A stretch of 64,000 nucleotides of DNA. It comes from Podarcis filfolensis (Eukaryota). Below, in pieces: positions 37,994 to 51,758 of this stretch. The notes below the pieces were generated by a model. The model had not been told where the DNA came from. It saw only the letters and a program-made list of their open reading frames with translations, and did not search any database. The DNA lies in the NCBI GenBank assembly GCA_964270895.1, contig OZ185438.1; one strand, 5' to 3'. The position numbers and the translations under genes were made by a program. Within the stretch, counting starts at the first letter, position 1, and every line of letters begins with the position of its first letter.

Positions 37994-40900
37994 ACCACAA
38001 AACAAATTCCCTTAAATTCATGGGTTATTTATACAAGATCTAGGGTTTCCCGAAGCAGCGCCCATGGGCAGCACAGCACCCAATGCCCCCTCGATGCCCA
38101 TCAAAGCCCTCCGAACAAAAAAATAAAATGAACAAATAAATAAAATGTTGTCAGTTGTTGCCTACTTTCATTTACCTTGATTAGCAGCAGGCTGGGCTAA
38201 CTGGAAAAAAGGAAGAGAAGGCTCCAAGCTGCCGCACCTTCTTCCCAGATAACCAGCTGTTGTTTTCTTTCTTGGAAAAGAAAGGGTCAAAAGGGGTTGG
38301 GGTGGCAAGGAGAGAGGGGAAAAAGAAACCGATATGCTCCACCTTGCATCCTCCCTCCAAATCTCTTCAGATAGGACCCTGCCACTGGGGAATGAATGAG
38401 AGGCAGTAGGATGCAAAGTGAGTGCTGAGCCGGGGGGGGGGGTTCTTTTTGGAGTTTTTCTTTGCGTTTTGCCTCTCTTATTTAATTCTGGAGTTGGCGT
38501 GTGGGTCTTGGCCTCTTTTTTTGGTTTTGAAGTTGGGGGGCGGCTTCCCTGTTTTGGGGGAGGGGGTTGTACAGTGGTACCTCGGGTTACATATGCTTCA
38601 GGTTACATACACTTCAGGTTACAGGTTACTATTTCAGGCTAACCCAGAAATAGTGCTTCAGGTTAAGAACTTTGCTTCAGGATGAGAACAGAAATCGTGC
38701 TCCGGCGGCGCGGCAGCAGCAGGAGGCCCCATTAGCTAAAGTGATGCTTCAGGTTAAGAACAGTTTCAGGTTAAGAACGGACCTCCGGAACAAATTAAGT
38801 ACTTAACCCGAGGTACCACTGTACTCATTTTCTCAGGCAAGTTATTTGTTCTCTGGGACCAGATAGGCCCTCCAAGCGGTCATCTTGTTGTGATTGGAAA
38901 ACTGCCCCGTGAACACCGATTTATGGCGGTGCTCACAACAGTTCTGCCGACTTCCAAACGTGCCCGCAGTCCCAAAAATGACCCACAGAAGAAGAAGCAG
39001 AAGGTATACAGAATAGCGTGGGAGACATGAAAAGCGTGAACTTGGATGACGATAGTGACGGCTCCTTAGCACGATGCATGGGAGAGGAGGAGAGATTCCT
39101 CTGCTGAGTTTTAAGGGAGCAGGAAGATTTAGATTACGAGAAGGAAAATTTTACTTTCCAGTTCCCCAGTTCCAATGTCAGCCCACATCTGCCTACTTTA
39201 AATAATGAGCCTTCAGGGCATAAAATTACCTCTTTTACATAGCACTGTAAACTCCTAGGATTGGCTTGTTCCAAAATTAAAAGGTTTTCTCTCTTTCTCT
39301 TCTATTTTAAGTATTGGATTATTTCTTCTTTTCTTTCTTGTTCTTTATCTTCAGATATTAAACAAACGTTAATTTAAAAAATATTTCAAGAGGTGTATCT
39401 CTCTTAAAGACTACCTGACTTTTAGAAGACATCTGAAGGCAGCCCTTTTTAGGGAAGTTTTTAATGTTTGATTGTTTTATCGTATTTTTAATGTTCTTTT
39501 GGGAGCTGCCCAGAGTGGCTGGGGAAACCCAGCCAGATGAGCAGGGTATAAATAATAATTATTATTACTTTAGGCACCCCAACCAGATCCTGAGCAGACC
39601 ACAAGGGTCACAGGGTAGCCTACTTAATAGATTGGTTCTGCCTTACTCCAAATGTTCCTCACTGCTTTGTGGAGCAATCTGCTGAACAAACCAGGAAACT
39701 CCTTCCTTGATCCCTTGGAATTCAGCTTTTAAGAATGCCCATTGTCCTTCCTTCCACATTTCTAGGCACAGAAAGGCAATGAAGAGGATTTGGCCACAGG
39801 TTCCATATAAACAAAAGAAGAGGGTGGAACTGAGAAATAAGAGTTCTGCTTCCAAAAGTACTTCTCCAAAACAGAATCTGTGGCATTTTGGATATTATAT
39901 AAGAAGAGGGGAAATGAGTGGTGTGTGTGAGATCAACCAAGTCCCATGGATTTCACAGTTGGCAAATACACACTGCATAAAAACAGAAAAGAATACTATG
40001 CTTACTCGCCTTTCCAATTCAATGTCTAAATCAAGACCATTGTGATCTGGGAATTTCCATGTTGGGTGCAGAATCACTGATCCTCTGTCGATAAGCTATC
40101 GTCACAGAATTTCAGTGTTTCACCCAGGCTCGGGTGGCAAGACACAATTCCCTTTACAACAGCTAAGTCCTATGTTTAAGGGAAAAGAGAAATAAATATC
40201 CGACTGGTCACCTGGTGCGTTGCAGTTATCCCCTCCAGCATGCAGATAATGGTTCATATATAGTGCAAGTCACTGCCAGTCTCAAAACTTTGAAGTTTGT
40301 ATGAGATCTGGCCCTATCTGTTCTTTTGGCCTATTGATTTTCACATGAAAGAGCCGCTGCTGTTCTCAATTCACTTTTTCCAGAAGCATTGCAGCGCTGC
40401 TATCATTTGCGGGGGTGGGGGTGGGGTGGGGATTGGTTTCTAAACTGTGCAAATTTAACCTTGATCTTACCTACAAAGGACAAAACTCCGAAACTTCTAA
40501 TATTGCAAACCCGATTACTAATCCCCTAGAAAGCTATTACCTACTTTCTAAGGGAGTCTACTGTGTTGCTGTCTGTAAATGCTATTACCAACCCTTCTGT
40601 CCTCTGAAAGGGAAACATGTATTCTAATCTGTACGATCAGAATACTGCAGATATTTTACAGTTTAAATAAAATTGCAAATTGGGCAGTGGGGTGGGAATC
40701 TCGCATAGATACAATACAATCAAGTTACTTATTTAGTTCGGGCATCACAGAAACAAATGTCACAACTGGTAGTATTCATAATTTTTCTGTTCTTTCACAA
40801 TCATAAATCTGATTGAGGAAATTGAGAGGAGTTAGGATTGCCAACTGGCCAATGAAAGACAGCCTGCCCATGTCTCTTTAAGAGCAACTTGATATGCACG

Positions 40901-41352
40901 AATAACATCAAGGTGCAGTTAAAAACACAGCTAAGAAGGCTAGTTAAAACTTTGGCAACATCACAAGAGGAAAAGAAGAGAAGAATAGATTAGTGAAAGC
41001 CAGGCAAGGTTGAGAGTCAGGGATAAGGGAATGTAAATAAGCTGGATTATGACTCTGCCTTTTGCCCCTCGGTTGAAGAGCAGGGGCAGCTATTTAATAA
41101 ATGATATGGATAAGGCAGGAAAAGCTGATTTCTTAAATGATACTGAAGGGCAAGGGATAGGGATAGCCTTACCAGATTTCTATCCATCATGTAACATTAC
41201 TTACAGTAAATAAATAAAAAACAGGACTAGCAATTTGTTCTATGTTTGGAGTCGCTTAAAAAATAATAATCATATGGCTCGTGACTGCAGCCCACATAAG
41301 AAACAACAGGTGCAGTTTTCCCACTTAGCTTCAGAGACTGTTGAGAGCTGAT
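37897..41352 (+). repeat. segmental direct repeat, copy 2
   Basis: Near-identical to 33228-36865; lacks the PLE insertion; several small indels and substitutions. Confidence 0.95.
38572..38821. mobile_element. Tc1/mariner MITE, family A (in duplication copy 2)
   Basis: TIRs and TA TSD; carries extra ttcaggttac units relative to 33884-34109. Confidence 0.88.
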
Positions 41353-41455
41353 CTCTTTCATCAACTGATGACGATGGTTTATGTATCATTTAAAAAAACT
41401 TTATCAAAATGAACTTAACAAGCAGAACACTGCTTTGGTGCTGGCAAGTACCTGT

Positions 41456-41809
41456 GGAGGGATGCGGGTGGCGCTATGGGTTAAACTACAGAGCCTAGGA
41501 CTTGCCGATCAGAAGGTTGGCGGTTCGAATCCCCGCGATGGGGTGAGCTCCCGTTGCTCAGTCCCTGCTCCTGCCAACCTAGCAGTTCCAAAGCACATCA
41601 AAGTGCAAGTAAATAGGTACCGCTCCGGCGGGAAGGTAAATGGCTTTTCCGTGTGCTGCTCTGGTTCGCCAGAAGCGGCTTAGTCATGCTGGCCACATGA
41701 CCTGGAAGCTGTACGCCAGCTCCCTTGGCCAATAAAGCGAGATGAGCGCCGCAACCCCAGAGTCGGTCACAACTGGACCTAATGGTCAGGGGTCCCTTTA
41801 CCTTTACTT
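41456..41809 (+). mobile_element. Sauria SINE, full length
   Basis: Consensus; TSD agtacctgt at 41447-41455 and 41810-41818. Confidence 0.92.
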
Positions 41810-42943
41810 AGTACCTGTTGATGGCCCCTGGCTACAAGACAGAAAGTCCACCTCTATCGTGAAAGAAAACGTCTGCAGTTTCCCTTTCACCTGAAACAAG
41901 CTTATCATGCACCTTGGAGAAAAGAAAGAAGCTTCTTCCTTTCCAGTTCTGGATATTTGGAGATGGCAGAGTTTACCAAGTAAAATGAAGCCACATTTTT
42001 CTAGGTTGATGGAAATCTACACAGGACTACTTAATTCTAATGGGTGTTGCTCCAACTCTTCAACATCTTGTTTCCCAGAAGAAGACTATCGAAGTGTAAT
42101 GAACCCTCAGATCCATTTTGCTTCTTTCCACTCCCTCCAGACCAGAGATTTCCATAATGGCCTTGTCCATTTGGTATTCCCTTTCAGAACACGGCTACCT
42201 GCACAATCAGCTTCAGAGTCAACTGCATCTTCCCATCTGAATTACGGGGATTATTAAAAATTACACTACAGTAATTGCTTCCCTTCTTACTAATGCCGGT
42301 GTTACAAATCTACTTATTTGGAATTATGGTGACAACATGAAGATAACCAATGATACCACAACTAACACTGTCTTCGCATTTGCAAATCGAAGGATGCACA
42401 GATAGATAATCAAACTTTGCTACTCAGAAAGGAAGCAAAGCCAATTATTTGATACACTTGGTTAATTTTACAGGCACCAGAAACTGTAACCTTATGGAGT
42501 GGTGATGGAAAGAAAATATGTGAGGAGGGAGGACAGAAATCCTTCCAAAGGAAGATTTTTGTCTTCCCCTTTCCAAAGGGAGAGGACAGAAATCCTTTCC
42601 AAGTTCTAAACATTTCTAAGATGGTTCCATCTCCACTGAGTAACACAACTGGTACTGCCTCCGTTGATGTTCACTCAGGAATGCATGACATTAAAGACCT
42701 CCTGCACTGTATCTTGGAACAAGTAGTTAAGGAGGCTAAGTTAAGGATTCCTCCCCATGTTTAAGAGTGAACACGAGCAATGTGACAGAAGTTACTATCC
42801 TGGAACTGATAGTATGGTTGCAGCCTTAAGTATACTAAATGATAAAAGCACTTGAGAAATGGAGGCAAGGCACAATTAGTCCAGCAATTTTAAGTGGGAA
42901 AGAGAGAAGTATTCTTAGTTCAAATGAAATCCATGTAACTTAC

Positions 42944-43014
42944 CTTTAGCACAATTCAGGATCCAGACACAGAAAGTTAAGACTCTTGAGCAAAGTTACG
43001 CTTGCGAGAAGGTT
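42944..43014 (-). other. candidate non-coding 5'UTR exon of NCK2 (71 nt)
   Basis: Minus strand has a CTAAT branch-point motif (A at 43042), pyrimidine tract gtgttttcgtttgtttcag, an ATG-free 71-nt body and a consensus donor AAG|gtaagt. It lies upstream of the ATG exon in the gene orientation. Confidence 0.5.
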
Positions 43015-43397
43015 CTGAAACAAACGAAAACACGCTTTTAATTAGAACGCTAAAGACAACACATGCTTTTAATCACTCTACTTTACTTGGTGCATGTGTT
43101 AATTTTAAATTAATGTAAACCAAAATGTAGATACGATTTCCATTTTCACAAGAAAAAAATTACACAGAAGAAATGTTAGGGAACTGTAGCCGGTTGAACT
43201 CAAGCAAACTTTATTGAGTTATCAGCCTTTGACCAAAGTAAACTATACTGTGGCAAAATCACACACAAACACACACACAGTTAGTCCCAAAGGGTGTACT
43301 TCTGAGAGTCATGAGCCGCTGGAACAAAGTAAGATTTCGTGTAGAGGGTTGCAGTAAGCAAATCAAAACAAAACCAGGTGCCCAACTATTACTATTA

Positions 43398-43638
43398 CGG
43401 TAGAACCTCGGTTGTCGAACGTAATCCGTTCGGAAGTCCGTTTGACTTCCGAAACGTTCGACAACCGAGGATCAAAGGGTTGTCGGCAAATCTCATTGAT
43501 AAAGAGAGAGAAACACGCCTCATAAGCCGTTCGACATCTGAGGCGCGTTCGAAAACGGAAGCAGTTACTTCTGGGTTGTTGGCGTTTGGCTTCCGAAACG
43601 TTCGGCAGCTGAGATGTTCAACAACCACAGATTGACTG
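43398..43638. mobile_element. Tc1/mariner MITE, family B-related
   Basis: TA-flanked; termini cggtagaacctcggttgtcgaac / gttcaacaaccacagattgactg; internal ttccgaaacgttcg repeats. Confidence 0.75.
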
Positions 43639-43648
43639 TAATTCTATT

Positions 43649-43652
<4 letters not shown>

Positions 43653-43686
<34 letters not shown>
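43653..43686. repeat. (AC)n microsatellite
   Basis: About 17 AC units. Confidence 0.95.
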
Positions 43687-43688
<2 letters not shown>

Positions 43689-46126
43689 TCACCATGAAGT
43701 CCCATGGCAGGTTACAGCAATGTAAAAAAATACGTGTTAAAATCAGTTAATAAAGAATTACAGTCAAGAGACTAGGGTGGATGCTAAACCATATACCTCA
43801 GGAAAGAGTAAAGATTTGTGTCTTCAGTATACAACTAAAGCGATACCATTGAAGTGCCGGGTGCACCTCTGTGGTGAGGGAATTCCATAGCTGAAGGGTC
43901 TTCTGAGCCACCACTGCCATAATTTCCAAGGGCAGTAGTGCTACCAAGAGGACCCCCCTCTGCACATCATAACACTGTAGAAGAGGTGGTCTTTCAGACT
44001 GCTGTTAAAAGTTTTAGTTGAAAAATACCTAATAATCAGTTACTGATTGCAACCCAAATGCTTTTCCTAAAAAAGGGGAAAATATTAGAGGGACACAGCT
44101 AATCTTCCTCCACTCCCAGGTCAGGTTAATCTTTAGGTACTGCAAGCATATTATATTATATTATATAACCATGTTTTATAATTAAAGGCAATGGACTCTT
44201 AAACTAAGGCCATGGCTGATACGTAGCTTTGTGGGGAGCTGGTAAAAGAGAAAACTTCTCCTTCAGAGCACTTCATTCATTATAGCACCAAAACAAAGAA
44301 ACAACTATACTAATTGAATGTAAAAGGACCAGACAGGAAGGATGAAAGAAACTGACAGCTTGTGGGAATGAGAGTGAGGTACAAGGAGAATGGGAGAAAA
44401 ATTACAGGAGATGGGTAAAAATATATTGAGAGACATGTTGGGGTGAGAAGGAAAAGAGTTAAATGAAAACATCTCCCTGCAGTATAACTTAAGGAAAGCC
44501 AAGTTATTGAACTCCCTGTCACAAGGGAAATGCTTTGGCGAAGAATTTAGCAATTTCTAAAGATGGATTAGAGATCATTTTTAAAAAATGCTAAACACTG
44601 CCTCCATCTACCACCAATTTTTGAATGGCTCTGCCACTGCACCACCATTTTGTGACTAGTGGACCTCAGTAATTTTCAGCTGCCTTAAGTGAACACTGAG
44701 GATAGGTTTTAAAACCTTCTGCACCTGACCTCTTCATGATCAAACATAATAATTAAAAAACTGTAAAAAGGGTTAAAGAAATTGGAAAGCATGTCAAAAG
44801 TTCTTTTAAGTATTTGGAGACGCTCTACAAAACGCACATATACTAAAACAGTAATATACCTGAAATGAGGCATTTGCTCTAAAAAACAAACACTGCTGTG
44901 ATGAATAGTTGAACATTACAGGTACATTTGGAATATTATTTCAACCATGACAGCTTTTGCGGTTAAAATGCACCATTGCATTCATAGGGAAGAAGATACT
45001 AAAACTCATGCTACATCTTTTTTCATGACCCTAACAAAAAGGAGATGCGTACTCAAATAATCAGCTATCTCCCAAGGGAAAAGACCACATAGTTGCCCCA
45101 AAACAGTACTGAGAAAGTGTATATAGAGTATTAGAGCATTTCAGATCCTACTTAAATCTACTCAGAAGTAAGCCTCGTTGTTCAGTGTAAATTACTCCTG
45201 GGTAAGTACATATAGGATTGCAGCCTGAAAAACATAGTGGACGTTGCAGAAGCACTACAGATTCACTAAGAAGGAGAAGTCGTTCTCCCGTATTATTCAG
45301 GGGTCTAGCCAAAGATCAAGCAAAAAAAGGTTTAAGCTTGAATTGGTGTAGCTTAAGAAACATAAGAATGATTAAAAAACCAGGAGCTGATCATAAAGAA
45401 TATTAAGCAAGTTTAACAATGTGATTCTTTATGCTGACGTAGTCAACAATAGCTTATCATACCCTAAAAATAAACAGGGTTAGAAATCCAGCAGCAATAT
45501 GGACTATGGCTTGATTAAAAAGCAAACTTACCCCTATTGTTGGACTTCCAAGGCTCCCTCCTTTTTAAATTTTGCTATATTGTATTTTGATTGTTGACTG
45601 TACTACTGTGTCAAAGACTAATGACAGAATGCTATAAATTGCTAAACAATATGCTGTTGCAGACTTGTCAATCTAATGGCACCTTCAGAGCTATCTGAAT
45701 ACAGTATCTGAGCACGAATCCAATCATGTCGTTTCTGCTTTTAAAACTCAAATAGAGAGTCCTGCAGGATTAGATGTGGAAATCATTCAAAAATATGGAT
45801 TAGTTTCATAAATAGTTCCAACTCTGACACAAACCCTGAGCTACATCCTGGTCTGCTCTCAACGTGGGAGGAAAGGAACATATTTTGTTCCAGCAAGAAT
45901 GAGACTAGCTGCTGCCTGAGCTGCCTTTGGTCCAAGCCCCATTAGCATGGGGTAAAAATCTGTCTCACATGATTAATTATAATTTTAAAATGCATATGTA
46001 TACAGAAAGAGAGAGAAAAAATAGCAACACAGTCCTAACTATGCCTACTCAGAAGTCTATTGGATTCAGTAGGGCTTACTTCCAGATTAAGTAGGGTGAG
46101 GATTTTCATTGTAAATAAAAACAACA

Positions 46127-46340
46127 CAGTGGTACCTTGGGTTAAGAACTTAATTTGTTCTGGAGGTCTGTTCTTAACCTGAAACTGTTCTTAACCTGAG
46201 GTACCACTTTAGTTAACGGGGCCTCCTGCTGCAGCCGCTTGATTTCTGTTCTCATCCTGAAGCAAAGTTCTTAACCCGAGGTACTATTTCTGGGTTAGGG
46301 AGTCTGTAACCTGAAGTGTCTGTAACCTGAGGTACCACTG
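46127..46340. mobile_element. Tc1/mariner MITE, family A
   Basis: cagtggtacct TIRs and family A body. Confidence 0.85.
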
Positions 46341-47189
46341 TACACTATAATCATAACAAAGGTTACTAAAATTTGCTTACAAAACAGAGTATTTTGTAAA
46401 TTCTGCACCGGGATAGCTGATGTTGTGGACTATAACACTCATCAATCCCAGCCTCCATTGCTAATGGTTAGGGAGGAGAGTTGTTCTGGAGGGCATCATA
46501 TTGGCTATTCCTGTTATCTACTATATATTTTGGAAAGTGGTTTGTCTGTTTGTTCTTCATAGGTTCAGCCGCCTACCCAGATATTGTCGCCAACCTCGGC
46601 GGAGGGCGGGGAGGGATCAGTGTCAATGTTTGAGTGCCAGGCACCATTATGAATCAAGATGGTGCACTAAAAGGTGACTTTGGTGTGAAGGTGCCTCTTT
46701 ATTGACATAGGCTTGGCCACCTCTAAAGATAACATTGCCAAACTCTGTGAAGACATTCCCCAAGGAGGGGGAAGCAGACTTCATTGCCATTGGTATGCTG
46801 GCTGCCATTTTGAATCAAGATTTCGAACCAAAAAGTGACTCTGGCATGATGGGTCTAAAGTGGCCAATTACACAATCCATTTAAAAAACACAGTATTTGG
46901 TGGGTTCTTTAAAAATCCCAGGCAGTGTCGAGTACTCCCTGTTAATATATCTTAGTTTCATGATGTTAATGAGAAGAATCCAATATTTTTCACAACTTTG
47001 ACCTGTCTATCCATCTTTATTCACACATACTCCTCTGAATATTTTGCAATTTGAGAAACCTTCCACACATACACTTGGATGCCACTGATTTTCATTAAGC
47101 ATGCCAGAATTTACTACTGTTAAAAGACTCCACGCTTGGTCATAATGCTCTTGAGTGAGCAATTGATTAAAGAATACATGCCTAATATT

Positions 47190-47500
47190 AATGGAAAGCT
47201 GGGGATGCTGTTAGTATCCTCCCATAAAGAAAACTCTTATCTTGGAACAATTCTACCAAATATATAAAATCTGCCTTTAGTCTGAGATTATATATAGAAT
47301 TTATGCTGCTGGAGCCTGTGTATCTGGTTTTATGTGGTACTGAATACCAGCAATATAAAATTTTATACGACTTTTCTTTCACATTAAAACATTATCAAGG
47401 CGATAATGCCAGTCCTTTTGTAAAGATTTCCTACCAGCTAATTTCTGCAGAGGCTATATTGATTCATAGAGAAGTCCTTATTAGTGAGTATACTTTAATA
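47190..47500 (-). mobile_element. old L1 ORF2 fragment
   Basis: MKEKSYKILYCWYSVPHK resembles the L1 ORF2 motif KEN.YK..YRWY.TP; degenerate; boundaries approximate. Confidence 0.4.
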
Positions 47501-47725
47501 AAATTGTAAATCCAGACTTCCTTTAGTTAACAGACTTATACATTTAATTTTTGAATGTCACATAGAGCCTAAGTGATTATGATGCTCAGTAAGAGTCTAG
47601 CCTACGAATGTTATAACCTAGATTGCTCACAGGAAAATCCTTCCACAAAGGATACCGAGATAAAATTAAGTTAGCTAGCTATGGTCACACCTTTCCTTCA
47701 AACCTTTTCAGAAAGCTTATTTCTA

Positions 47726-47966
47726 CAGTGGTACCTCAGGTTAAGTACTTAATTCGTTCCGGAGGTCCGTTCTTAACCTGAAACTGTTCTTAATCTGAAG
47801 CACCACTTTAGCCATTGGGCCCCCTGCTGCTGCCGCGCTGCCGGAGCTCAATTTCTGTTCTCATCCTGAAGCAAAGTTCTTAACCTGAGGTAATATTTCT
47901 GGGTTAGCAGAGTCTGTAACCTGAAGCGTACGTAACCTGAAGCGTATGTAACCCGAGGTACCACTG
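47726..47966. mobile_element. Tc1/mariner MITE, family A
   Basis: TIRs and TA TSD. Confidence 0.88.
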
Positions 47967-50262
47967 TATTTCCTTTGTCTTTCTCAAGCCATTCCCTACT
48001 TCGCGTGTTTTGAAATGCGTCCTGAAGAACAAGATCATGCTTAGCTTTCCTTACTGACACCATTGCCTATAGAAAGCTTTAAACCCTGAACAGCATTAAA
48101 TCCTAGGTGGAAATGAGCGCTCAAGGTAATTTGTTATCCAAGGTGCACATCTTAAGTCACTAAGCAAATAATGTTCTGAGCAACAGTCAAACCAGAGTGC
48201 TTAACCGTTAAGGCACGTTTCACAAAATTTCCAAGCACTTCACTTTCAAGTCATTGTTGGCGTACACTTCCATCATTTCTGAGAAACACTGTTAAGAAGG
48301 GAGATTCCTAAAAAGACAGTATCTTCTGTTAACAGACACCTATGGGCTTCACCTGAAGTAGCAATGTTCAGCAACAGACCAAATTTAAGCAGTACACGAG
48401 CAGCATGGGACCAATCCATACAAGAATAAAGATCAGTAATTTGTTCCCGGGACTTGCTTGAACTCTGCATAATGGTACCAGTAGAAACTACAATAATCAA
48501 TAAGAGATGGGAATTCGTCCTCATGCAGCTCTATGCTCTGTATTGTCTACCTGTGGCTCTCCAGATGTTGTTGGACCAGAACTCCCCAGCTAGCATCACC
48601 AAGGGTCAGGGCTGATGAGACTCCAATAACACCATGGCAGACTCCCGGTGCCCCATCCCTGATCTTTTTTAAAAAAAACCAAAGCTCTACACAGGAGCAC
48701 ACCCCCCCAAACGGAAAGTACTCCAAAACAGTTCAATTCCACAAGCCCATCCATAATTTGAGGTGCACCTTCTCCAGTTGTCCCCATCTTCAAAGGTTAG
48801 GCGGCTGGTGAGCAGACCTTTTCAGTGATGACACACAGTTGGTTTTATCAATTAAACTTTGTGGATTTCTTGTGTCAGTAGGCCAAAGTCTGAGGACAGA
48901 AGACAGGATGGCAGTTTAACGGAAACCAAGTAGGAATTCTGGCATATGTTCTTAGATAGTTATACTGGCTTTTAAATTTAACAAACATACATGCTGAAGA
49001 TTATTTTGGTTTATTTGCTGAAGCATTCAGCCTCACAAGAGAACAGGGAAGTTTTGCATTCCCAGTCCTTCTGATATTTTGGGCAGCCAGAAGAAAGCCA
49101 TGTAGAGTTTCCGTCACCCACCTGAATCCAGCCTAAACCTTTTGGGGAAGGAAAGGCCTTGGAAACAAGAGTCTGTCTCCAGGCACGACCAACCTAGAAA
49201 ACTGCCTTCTTTACATGCTTTTCAAGAGTAGCTCACGTTGGTGGAATTCCTTCCACAAATCCTCCTTGCGAGCGACTTCTTTCTGCCCTTGACCACATCA
49301 ATGCAAGCGCTTGTTCTGTCCTAGGGCAGTACAACAAACCTCTCAGTGGTATGCATAGTTTCATTTGAGATGTTATATTGCACACATTCCACTCCTAGCA
49401 GAGCATCAGTAAGCTCCAGAATTTGAATGATGTCTGCTCCATCAATGAATATAGATAACAGTGGGTGACTCATGCTGTAGCTGAGAAGTCTTCTATGCAT
49501 TACATTAAGTCACTGTTTTATATCCGGGGGCATTCTTACCGCAAAAGACAGTGAAGGAGGGCATACCTAACTTCTGCGTTCAGAGAAACCATCAAAATTC
49601 CTACCCTGTGTTTGGCCATCAAGTTATGAAGAGTGCACTACATGCTTTTTAAATTAATGCCAGTCTTTTTCTTTATTTCTTTCTTTTGACACCCTGGTTG
49701 TTTAGCTACAAAATAATGTTTTATTGTTCTGACTTTTGTTCACTTTTCTCCATAGTTAAACATCTCCATAGCAGAAGGTCTCCAATTGTCTTTGAATAGA
49801 TGGTCTTTATTGTTTAATCACTCTTCAATCACTACAAGTAAACAAGCACCTTTAGCAAATGCTGTCTGCACATTAGACATCTGATCACAGCAATGTGTTT
49901 CCATTTGTTTTCTTGTGTGCTGATGGGCTTCCTTAAATTCTGTTATTATTCTGGTAATTCTGGGTCCAACTAAACATTGTTATGACTGAGGTAAAGTGCC
50001 ACGGCTGGGGTACTGGTAAACTAACTAGGTTCAAACAGATCTTAAGACCTCTTAAAGAGACACCGTGAAATATTATCTAGAATGTTGGACTTGAGATCTA
50101 GGAGACCCAAGTTAAAATGTCTGCTGAGCCATGAAGCTCACGATGTACCGTTGAATCAATAGGCTAGCCTATGCCACACAACTGTTGTGATGATAAGTCA
50201 AGACTTCTACTCTTCTATTTCCTTGGATAGGAAAGCAAGATTGAAAGCTTATAAACACTATA

Positions 50263-50478
50263 CAGTAGTACCTCTGGATGTGAACGGGATCCATTCCGGA
50301 GCCCTGTTCACATCCTGAATGCGTGTGTCACAATTTGCCGCTTCCGCCCACGACATCATTTTGAGCGTCTGCGCATGCGGCGAAACCCAGAAGTAACGTG
50401 CTCCATTACTTCCGGGTCGCCGTGGAGCACAACCCGAAAATGCTCAACCGGAAGCTACTTTAACCCGAGGTATGACTG
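50263..50478. mobile_element. Tc1/mariner MITE, family C
   Basis: cagtagtacctc / gaggtatgactg TIRs, TA-flanked. Confidence 0.78.
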
Positions 50479-50480
50479 TA

Positions 50481-50722
50481 CAGTGGTACCTCGGTTTTCG
50501 AACATAATCCGTTCCAGAAGTCCGTTCGAGTTCCGAAATGTTCGAAAAATGAAAACCAAAAGCGGAAGCCTCAAAACAGAAAACTCAGAATGGAAGCCAC
50601 ATTTCCTGTTCGAGTTCTGAGGCGCGTTCAAAAACTGAGGCATTTCATGTACTTCCGGGTTTTCGGCGCTCAAGTTCCGAAACGTTCAACTTCAAAGGTG
50701 TTCGATAACCGAGGTACCACTG
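50481..50722. mobile_element. Tc1/mariner MITE, family B
   Basis: cagtggtacctcggttttcgaac / ttcgataaccgaggtaccactg TIRs, TA-flanked. Confidence 0.85.
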
Positions 50723-50837
50723 TATGTACATATAAATATGCAAGCTCTCCCTCCTGAAGACCGCTAAAGGACCACTACGGAATTAAAAATCTTCGCAAAT
50801 ATTACTAGTTGAAAATATAAAAATAGGGTTGTCTTCA

Positions 50838-50941
50838 AAGAAGGTTGCAGGTTTGATCCCCATGTGGGACAATTGCATCTTCCTGCACTGCAGCCGGGTG
50901 GGACAAGATGATCCTCAGGGTCCTCTACGATTCTATGATTC
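50838..50941 (+). mobile_element. tRNA/CR1-tail SINE fragment
   Basis: ggtttgatccccatgtggg...ttcctgcactgc...gattctatgattc. Confidence 0.6.
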
Positions 50942-51758
50942 AAACCATGCTTACAGAGGGGGTGGCAGCCCTTAAAAATCACTCCTGAGGCTCAGAGGGA
51001 ATTTCCAAAAAGGTTGTTTCATGCTAAACTGAAGCAGGGGGAAATTGCTGACCTCAACACGCCATAGATGCAAGTGAATGTACATAATCAGAACATTAAT
51101 TCTTTAGGATCCTATGCATAGAGATCCTATGTTACCTTCATTAAGTTACCGCTGTCTTTCAAACTAATGTTATTATTGTGTTATAGATCAGTTTTCACTT
51201 AAGGAAAGTCAAGTCCATGAGAAAGCCTTCACCCACCACCACTACTATTCATTTCTGCATAGCAGTTCCAACCCCTACCCCCCAAAAACAGAATCCTCAG
51301 GCTGAATTCCTGAGTCTCAAACTTGCCTTGCCCTCCCAGAGCAAAATAATCATGGTGATATAAAAAGCTCAGAAAAAGGCAAATTGTTTTGAATATTTTA
51401 TTAAAAAACAGCTTATAAATCACCCCCTGAATCTAAAGAGACAGCAACATTCTGAGATTAATTAAAGCGTTATAGAATGAAATCTTATCTGACTCTGGAG
51501 TCAGCATACGTCCTAGGTGTTTTATCTTCTTAAAATTCCATTACATGTTTTGCTTTTATTGTGATATGCGATAATACCAAATTCCTAGCAAGCAGAATAG
51601 TAGCCCGGGGGCATAGCAGAAATGAACAAACACCAGACACTAAATTCTGCATCTAACCAACCCCTACGCAACGGCCCCAGGATTTAGGCTGCTCTGCTGA
51701 GCAGTATAGTTACTTCTGAAAGCAATAACCCTAAATCTCTTTCTACCCCAGTAGCCTA

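Noticed and set aside
43170-43390. LTR-like start (tgttaggg...ctttattg)
   Set aside because: No matching CA end with a TSD could be found.
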